This document shows, one piece after another, positions 58,261 through 64,000 of a DNA stretch of 64,000 nt (positions within the stretch are counted from its first letter, which is position 1; every line of letters starts with the position of its first letter). Location of the stretch: the NCBI GenBank assembly GCA_047601445.1, contig JASGJH010000001.1:3872001-3936000 (forward strand), written 5' to 3'. Under the pieces are notes generated by a model. It was not told the origin of the DNA and did no database searches. It worked only from the letters and a program-made list of their open reading frames with translations. Made by a program: the position numbers and the translations under genes. The DNA comes from Myxococcales bacterium (lineage in GTDB: Bacteria; Myxococcota_A; Polyangia; Polyangiales; DASUME01).

Positions 58261-60609
58261 TCAAGCGTATTGGAACAACGCGTAGAGCTCGTCCTCTTGA
58301 GCGAAATGAAGCGTCAAGATTGCGTGCAACCCGTACAGCAGGCGGCGCACATCCCGCAAATCGGCGGCCCCCGGACCTTCGGGCGGGAGCTGCGCGACGA
58401 GCCGCCCGAACAGCCTGGCCAGCCGGCGGATTTCTTGATGCGTTTGGATCAAAGGCCCGGTGGGATCCTCATGGCCCAAGATCTTGCGGATCACCGGGTA
58501 GGCCGTCTGCTGTTCGTCCCGCTCATGGGGGAGGAGTTCTCGCTCGAGCAGGTCCCGTAGCGACGCCAGCTGTTGGAGCGCTTCCTGGGGCCGCAGCGTA
58601 TCGAGCCGCGTCGCCAGTGACGCGATATCGGCGACGTGGGGCGACAGACTGCGGTGGGCCATGGCGAGACCTCGTGAGAGCCGCTTGACTTGGGGCATTT
58701 TGGTCGCCCCCGGCAGCGGTCCCCCGAGTGCGCGCAACGCGTTCAGAATCACCAGCAAGTCGATTCCTTCCTGGAGGACTGCCCCCATCACCGGCGCGAT
58801 GTGACCTGCGCCGGCGAAGAGCATCGCGAGCACGGAGAGCCCCATACCCGCGAAGACACTCTGGCGTGCAATGGCGCGCGTCCTTTGCGCAATCGCGGTG
58901 GCACGCACGAGGCCATCGAGCTGATCGACCATCAAGACGATGTCCGCGGCCTCCGACGCCGCGGTCGCGCCGCGTGCCCCCATGGCGATGCCCACATCTG
59001 CGAGTGAGAGCGCGGGAGCGTCGTTGATGCCGTCTCCCAGCATGGCCGTGGGCCCCTCGGCGTGCACGGAGCGGACCACCTCGACCTTCTCCTCGGGCGC
59101 ACGCTCCGCAAATACGCGATCGACTCCGATGGCGTCGCCCACGAGATCCGCCACGTCCGGGTGATCGCCCGTGACCATGTACACTCGCTGCACGCCCAGC
59201 TTGCGCAGCGCGCGGATCGCGCGCGGAGCTTCGGGGCGAATCGGGTCTTGCAGGAGCAGAGCCCCTGCTACGTCGCCGTCGACTGCCACGAAAGCGCACG
59301 CCAATCCCTCGACGGACGTCCGCACCGAGATCGCGCGCAACTCGGCCCTACTTTGAGCGCCCGGCGCAACGTAGGAGAGCTGTCCGACGGCCACGCGACG
59401 CCCGTCCACCAGTCCACTCAGCCCGGCCCCCATGCGTTCCTGCACTCCCGAAGGAAAGGGAACCGACTCTCCGCGCCGACGCGCTTCCTCGAGGATCGCC
59501 GAGGCATAGGGATGCACGGAGAGCTGCTCCAGGGAGGCCGCCCAGGCGACGATCTGCGCCGGCGTCGATGCGCCAAAGGACTCCACTGCGATCACCTTCG
59601 GCCGCGCCATGGTGACGGTGCCCGTCTTGTCCAGGAGCAACACCCGTAGGTTGGCCAGCGTCTCGAGGGGACCTCCTCCTTTGACGATGATGCCTTGCCT
59701 GGCAGCTCGCGAGACTCCCGCCATGATGGCGGTGGGAGCGGCGAGAATGAGGGGACACGGCGTCGCAACCACCAGGACCGCGAGCGCTCGCGTCGGGCTG
59801 CCCGAAAGGAACCAGGCCGCGGCGGCGAGGGCCAAGGTCACGCCCAAGAAGCCGAGGGCGTAGCGATCGGCCAGGCGCACGAAGGGCGCCTTGGATTGCT
59901 CGGCGGCGCGCACCAGGCGCACGATGCCAGCGTAGGTGCTCTGGGCTGCCGGGGCCGTAACGCGCAGCTCGAAGGGGGCCGCCGTGTTGCTTCCTCCACT
60001 GCGCACCAGAGATCCCTGCTGGAGCAGCGTGGGTCGCGACTCTCCGGTCAACGCCGACTCGTCCACGAGCGCGGTCTCGGAGGTAAGCACGCCGTCCGCC
60101 GGCACAACCTCGCCGGGTTTGACCAGGAGCACATCGCCGATCGTGATGGCGTCGATGGCCAGGTCGACCAGGTCAGTGCTGGATCGGCGGTGTGCGATCC
60201 GGGGCGCCCGCTCGAGCAGCGCCCGCAATTCGCGCCTGGCGCGGGCGACTGCGAAACGCTCCATGGCGGCGCCGCCTGCCAGCATCACCGCGATGATGGC
60301 GCCGGCCAAATACTCTCCGAGCAGGAGCGCTCCAAGCATGGCGCACAGCGCGATCAGATCGACCCCGGCCTCACGGCGCCAGAGCTGCTTCACCACGGAG
60401 ATCAGCGTGCGAGCGAACACGCTGGCCGTCAGCGTGCCCCAGATCCAGTGCGCCGCGACTGGAGAGCCGACCATCGCGGCTCCTCCTGCCGCGAGGCCCA
60501 CCGTCGCCAGCGAGACCTCCAGCAGGCCAAAGCCAGATCCCGCTGCGCCGTCGTTGGACGCCTGGTTTGACCCGGGGCCGCGCCGAACCCATGTTCGCCG
60601 CAGCCTCAC
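58261..60609 (-). CDS. Heavy-metal P1B-5 type ATPase with C-terminal hemerythrin domain
   Basis: LTGES, TPCP, DKTGT, HP, GDGINDAPAL, QEGID; tail H..HERDE..H..HFAQEDE. Start at GTG 60609 overlaps the upstream stop. Confidence 0.92.
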   Translation of the reverse strand: MRLRRTWVRRGPGSNQASNDGAAGSGFGLLEVSLATVGLAAGGAAMVGSPVAAHWIWGTLTASVFARTLISVVKQLWRREAGVDLIALCAMLGALLLGEYLAGAIIAVMLAGGAAMERFAVARARRELRALLERAPRIAHRRSSTDLVDLAIDAITIGDVLLVKPGEVVPADGVLTSETALVDESALTGESRPTLLQQGSLVRSGGSNTAAPFELRVTAPAAQSTYAGIVRLVRAAEQSKAPFVRLADRYALGFLGVTLALAAAAWFLSGSPTRALAVLVVATPCPLILAAPTAIMAGVSRAARQGIIVKGGGPLETLANLRVLLLDKTGTVTMARPKVIAVESFGASTPAQIVAWAASLEQLSVHPYASAILEEARRRGESVPFPSGVQERMGAGLSGLVDGRRVAVGQLSYVAPGAQSRAELRAISVRTSVEGLACAFVAVDGDVAGALLLQDPIRPEAPRAIRALRKLGVQRVYMVTGDHPDVADLVGDAIGVDRVFAERAPEEKVEVVRSVHAEGPTAMLGDGINDAPALSLADVGIAMGARGATAASEAADIVLMVDQLDGLVRATAIAQRTRAIARQSVFAGMGLSVLAMLFAGAGHIAPVMGAVLQEGIDLLVILNALRALGGPLPGATKMPQVKRLSRGLAMAHRSLSPHVADIASLATRLDTLRPQEALQQLASLRDLLERELLPHERDEQQTAYPVIRKILGHEDPTGPLIQTHQEIRRLARLFGRLVAQLPPEGPGAADLRDVRRLLYGLHAILTLHFAQEDELYALFQYA

Positions 60610-61424
60610 GTGGCGTCTCGTGCCGGGAAGCGTGCTTCTCCTTCGTAGCGTGTTGGATCCTCCAAATACGCTCGGAATGCGGCCAGCAGGCGCGCAATTT
60701 GTGCACCGTCCACGTAGCGATGGTCGATGGTCGCGGTGATCGGAAGCACGGGCCGCGCGACGACGCGATGTTCCACGACCCAGGGCCGTTCGCTGATCGC
60801 TCCGACCAACACCAACAGAGGCACGTCGTACATCCACGACAACGGGGAAAATCCGTGTGGTAACCCCAGCATGCCCACGCTGCTCACCATGGCACTCCCG
60901 AAGGGGCTCGCGTGCAATGCCAGCGCCGGCACATCGAGCTGCATACGCTCGGTCAAGAAGGTCGAGAGCTTCAGTGCGTAGCTCAAGCCTCGCTTCGGCA
61001 GTCGCTCCATGACCCACTTGGTGGTGGCGAATTCCGGATCGCCTCCAGCGCGTAGGCCGGCTGCGCGCACGTCGAGCTCGCGTGTCACCTCCGCGGCATG
61101 CAAGCGGTCCACGGCCTTGACCTTGACCCCGGAGAGGTCGCTACCCTGCCCCACCGCCGTAATGAAGAAGATGTCGATGCTCTGACGTGGGATGGCGTTC
61201 AGCCCGACGATTCGTGTGTTTAGCTCCGGGACCTCCTCCAACGCCCGCGCCACGGCGCGTCCTACCAACGCCGTAGGGGTCACATGCTGCCCCCGCTCGC
61301 GAGCCCGGTGCACGAAGTCCAGCACGGCAGTCGCGTCCAGATCGAGCTGCCCGTAAATCTGTGGATCATTGGGCGGAGGCCACATCGTCGCCGCGACCCG
61401 TCGCCAGCCCGTGAGTTTTGGCAT
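60606..61424 (-). CDS. Stand-alone 2-oxoacid dehydrogenase E2 acyltransferase catalytic domain
   Basis: PELN, GSAMVSSVGM, LVGAISERPWV, TIDHRYVDG; no lipoyl domain; RBS GGAGG. Confidence 0.9.
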   Translation of the reverse strand: MPKLTGWRRVAATMWPPPNDPQIYGQLDLDATAVLDFVHRARERGQHVTPTALVGRAVARALEEVPELNTRIVGLNAIPRQSIDIFFITAVGQGSDLSGVKVKAVDRLHAAEVTRELDVRAAGLRAGGDPEFATTKWVMERLPKRGLSYALKLSTFLTERMQLDVPALALHASPFGSAMVSSVGMLGLPHGFSPLSWMYDVPLLVLVGAISERPWVVEHRVVARPVLPITATIDHRYVDGAQIARLLAAFRAYLEDPTRYEGEARFPARDAT

Positions 61425-61456
61425 GCCACCCTCCCCGCTCCGCCGAGCGCGACGCC

Positions 61457-61912
61457 CTAGTCGAGATGAACCGTAAGCACCGGCACGTTCGCCTCGCGCA
61501 CGACGTGTTCGGCGACGCTGCCCAAGACGAGGCGGCGAATGCCCGTGCGACCGTGGGTGCTCATGACGAGCATGCAACCAGGTGTCGCCTTGCCGTGCTC
61601 CACGATGGCGTGGGCTGGATCGCCTTCGATCAAGCAAGTGCTCACGCGCAGCCCCGCATCGACCAGCCGGGCGCGCACGTCGTTCAAGTACGTCTGAGCC
61701 TCACCCTTCAGGTTCTCGATGTAGTCGAGGGTTTCGTCTTCCTTCGGAATCTTGAACGCGGACAGCTGGTAGACGTGCAGGAGCTCGACGTCGGCTCCCA
61801 GTGCCCGTGCAAGCTCGACTGCCCGGGTAAGCGCCGATTCCGCCACGGTGGACGCATCGAGGGGACACACGAGCTTGGTGATGGGTTGCGTGGTCGAATG
61901 CAGGCCGATCAT
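61457..61912 (-). CDS. Universal stress protein (single Usp domain)
   Basis: LVCPLDAS, LLHV, GDP, MSTHGRTGIRRLVLGSVAEHVVREANVPVLTV. Confidence 0.95.
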   Translation of the reverse strand: MIGLHSTTQPITKLVCPLDASTVAESALTRAVELARALGADVELLHVYQLSAFKIPKEDETLDYIENLKGEAQTYLNDVRARLVDAGLRVSTCLIEGDPAHAIVEHGKATPGCMLVMSTHGRTGIRRLVLGSVAEHVVREANVPVLTVHLD

Positions 61913-61993
61913 GCCGAATTGCGCTGCAAAACTCGAGCCACACCCTCGTCAGTTCGGCCGAACTCCGCGATTGCTCATTGTGCTGCGCCGCGC

Positions 61994-63373
61994 CTACAGC
62001 TGAAACGCGAGCGTAAGCAACAAGCCCTCGGCCAGATCTTGGGCAAAGGTCGGCGGAACCGGCACGAATGCCGTGGCGTCGGCGCGCAGTGCTTCCATCC
62101 AGGTGGCGAGCCAGCGCACGTCTTGCGCCGAGAAGAACACGCAGGAGGCCTCGTGGTTCACGAGCAAGCTGCGCAAGTCCAGGTTCGTCGAACCGCAGAG
62201 CGCCATGGAGTCGTCCACCACGAACGCCTTGGCGTGCATCATGTACGGCACGAACTGGACGTCCACCCCCGCTTCCGCCAGCGCTCGCAACGGCCGCCGG
62301 CGCGCCCAGTCCGCCAACGAATGGTTCGATTTCAATGGCATGAAGAGGCTCACCCGAACCCCTCGACGGGCAGCCAAACGCAGGGCCATCTCCAGGCCAT
62401 CCCCGGGCACGAAGTAGGGCGTCGCCGCGATGATGCGACGCTCGGCGCGATAGCAGGCATCGATGAGCACGGCCTGGATGGTGTCTTCTTCCTGGTCGGG
62501 TCCGCTGGGCAAGAACTGCACTCGGCTCTCGTCGGGATGAGCGGGCTTCACGGCAGTCTCCACAGCGTTCGCTGGCCCGCCCTGCTTGCCGCCCGAGGCC
62601 ACCCAATCGGCTTCGAACTGCCGGGCGGCCTCCGACGCAATGGGCCCGGTCGCCTCGAACGAGAGGTCACGCCACGCCGGCCCCGCCGGCGTATCCACGA
62701 AGTACTCGGCTGCGAGGTTTCGCCCGCCAGACCACAACGTTCGCCGGTCGGCGATGGTGAACTTGCGATGATTGCGCAGGTTCTTCCCGGTACGCGAGCC
62801 GAGCCGCCAAAATGGGCTGAAGATGCGCACGTTGCCGCCGGCCGCCCGGAGCGCCCTGAGGGCGGCCTTGGGAGCCTGCAGCGCACCCATGCCGTCCAAA
62901 AGCAGACGCACCTCCACCCCGGCCCGCACGCGTTCGGTCAAGAGCGCCAGCATGTCGCACCCAATCGCGTCGTCGCCCACGATCAGCGTGGCCACTTCGA
63001 GACGCCGCTCGGCGGCTTGGACCACGTCACGCCAAGCCTGCATCGCCTCCGCACCATCTCGATGAAAGCGCACCGTTGCGCTCGTGGCAGGCGCCAGACC
63101 GAAGCTCACGATCAGGCGCTCGGCCCAGTGCGCCCCCTCTGGTAGGACGCAACGCCGGCGCGCCCCCGGACGCGGCATCTTGCGCGCACCGAAGACCAAG
63201 TACGCTGGGACCACCACGTAGGGCAGCGCCACGATCCCGAGCACCCAGGCCACCGCAGAGGCGGGCGGACGTCGCTCTCGCCTCGCGCGCGCCGATAGAA
63301 CGTACAGCAAGAGGCCGAACGCCACCGCGAGTAAATGGAGCGTGAATCCGTGGGAAAGCCGTTCGAACTGCAT
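61994..63373 (-). CDS. cls: Cardiolipin synthase (PLD family)
   Basis: N-terminal TM pair; two HKD motifs NHRKFTIAD and MHAKAFVVD; TPYFVP; GSTNLDLRSL. Confidence 0.92.
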   Translation of the reverse strand: MQFERLSHGFTLHLLAVAFGLLLYVLSARARRERRPPASAVAWVLGIVALPYVVVPAYLVFGARKMPRPGARRRCVLPEGAHWAERLIVSFGLAPATSATVRFHRDGAEAMQAWRDVVQAAERRLEVATLIVGDDAIGCDMLALLTERVRAGVEVRLLLDGMGALQAPKAALRALRAAGGNVRIFSPFWRLGSRTGKNLRNHRKFTIADRRTLWSGGRNLAAEYFVDTPAGPAWRDLSFEATGPIASEAARQFEADWVASGGKQGGPANAVETAVKPAHPDESRVQFLPSGPDQEEDTIQAVLIDACYRAERRIIAATPYFVPGDGLEMALRLAARRGVRVSLFMPLKSNHSLADWARRRPLRALAEAGVDVQFVPYMMHAKAFVVDDSMALCGSTNLDLRSLLVNHEASCVFFSAQDVRWLATWMEALRADATAFVPVPPTFAQDLAEGLLLTLAFQL

Positions 63374-63642
63374 CGCGATCGTAGAGCGTAGCTCGCGCGG
63401 GCAGCAGGGCCCATCACGTTTGGCCGCACGCGAGGTTGGCTGGGACGGCCAGATCATCAGGCGCGGGTTAGACGTCATCGTGGCACTCCGTTCGAGCGTT
63501 GGAGCCGACGGTCCCGCGAAAGGATTCCGCCGCTGCCCGGTCTCGAAAGAAATCCGACGCGCCTCCGAATCCTTGTGGCGCCCCGCCAGCTCTCACGGTC
63601 GATGACGAACATGATCGACGCCTTGCCAGGGCTAGTGCCGCC

Positions 63643-64000
63643 ATGACCTGGGTCATCGTCGGCGCGAGCACAGCGATCGGGGCGCTGCTGGCCATTCTGG
63701 GTGGCGGTGGATCGGTGCTTACCGTCCCGCTGTTGGTCTACGGCCTCGGGCGCTCCCCCGCGCGAGCCGTGCCCATCTCTCTCTTCGTGGTCGCGGTCGC
63801 GAGCGCGTTGGGACTCGCATTCCATGCCCGAGCAGGGCGCGTTTGCATTCGCACGGGTCTCACCTTCGGCGCGAGCTCCATGCTGAGCGCCTACGCTGCG
63901 GGCGCCATGAGTGCTCGGCTACCTGGCTCCCTCACGATGGCCCTGTTCGGCGGACTCATGCTGGTTGTGAGCACGCGCATGTTGCGACCGACAAAGGCGC
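63643..64000 (+). CDS. TauE/SafE sulfite exporter family protein, 3'-truncated by window edge
   Basis: Translated by hand from ATG 63643: MTWVIVGASTAIGALLAILGGGGSVLTVPLLVYGLG..SLFVVAVAS; open to the end of the window. Confidence 0.88.
   Translation, partial: MTWVIVGASTAIGALLAILGGGGSVLTVPLLVYGLGRSPARAVPISLFVVAVASALGLAFHARAGRVCIRTGLTFGASSMLSAYAAGAMSARLPGSLTMALFGGLMLVVSTRMLRPTKA

Noticed and set aside
60610..61017. N-terminal extension of the P1B ATPase in the ORF track (918 aa)
   Set aside because: It overlaps the E2 gene in another frame; the GTG at 60609 is the more plausible start.

Overview
A gene-dense, GC-rich bacterial window. The gene repertoire (several Hanks-type Ser/Thr kinases, Cys-rich lipoproteins, a TonB-domain-fused TonB-dependent receptor, STAS/SEC14-like orphan domains) points to Myxococcota, probably Polyangiales; this is inference, as no marker gene is present. 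About 54 CDS are supported. I saw no rRNA, tRNA, CRISPR array, integrase or transposase. Left to right: (1) a translationally coupled subtilase (S8) + Avs1a/ComEC-like MBL hydrolase pair, cut by the window edge, the best candidate for an undescribed defence/conflict module; (2) a WYL regulator + VOC gene with a visible operator; (3) mixed metabolic and signalling genes, including an HTH-citrate-synthase-fold protein divergent from a CoA transferase across a tandem palindromic operator, a NifA-like sigma54 activator divergent from HemD, and a kinase fused to an orphan STAS-like domain that also occurs stand-alone; (4) from ~49 kb a stress/hypoxia-type island (TreT, P2-ATPase, beta-CASP, Mla ABC, hemerythrin-fused P1B-5 ATPase, stand-alone E2 domain, Usp, cardiolipin synthase, TauE). 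Three intergenic elements built from GTTGAC/GGCGAC-type hexamers, two forming long imperfect palindromes, suggest a dispersed repeat family. Six single-base frameshifts in otherwise intact genes look like long-read sequencing errors rather than pseudogenes. All family calls come from motif recognition by eye, not database searches.
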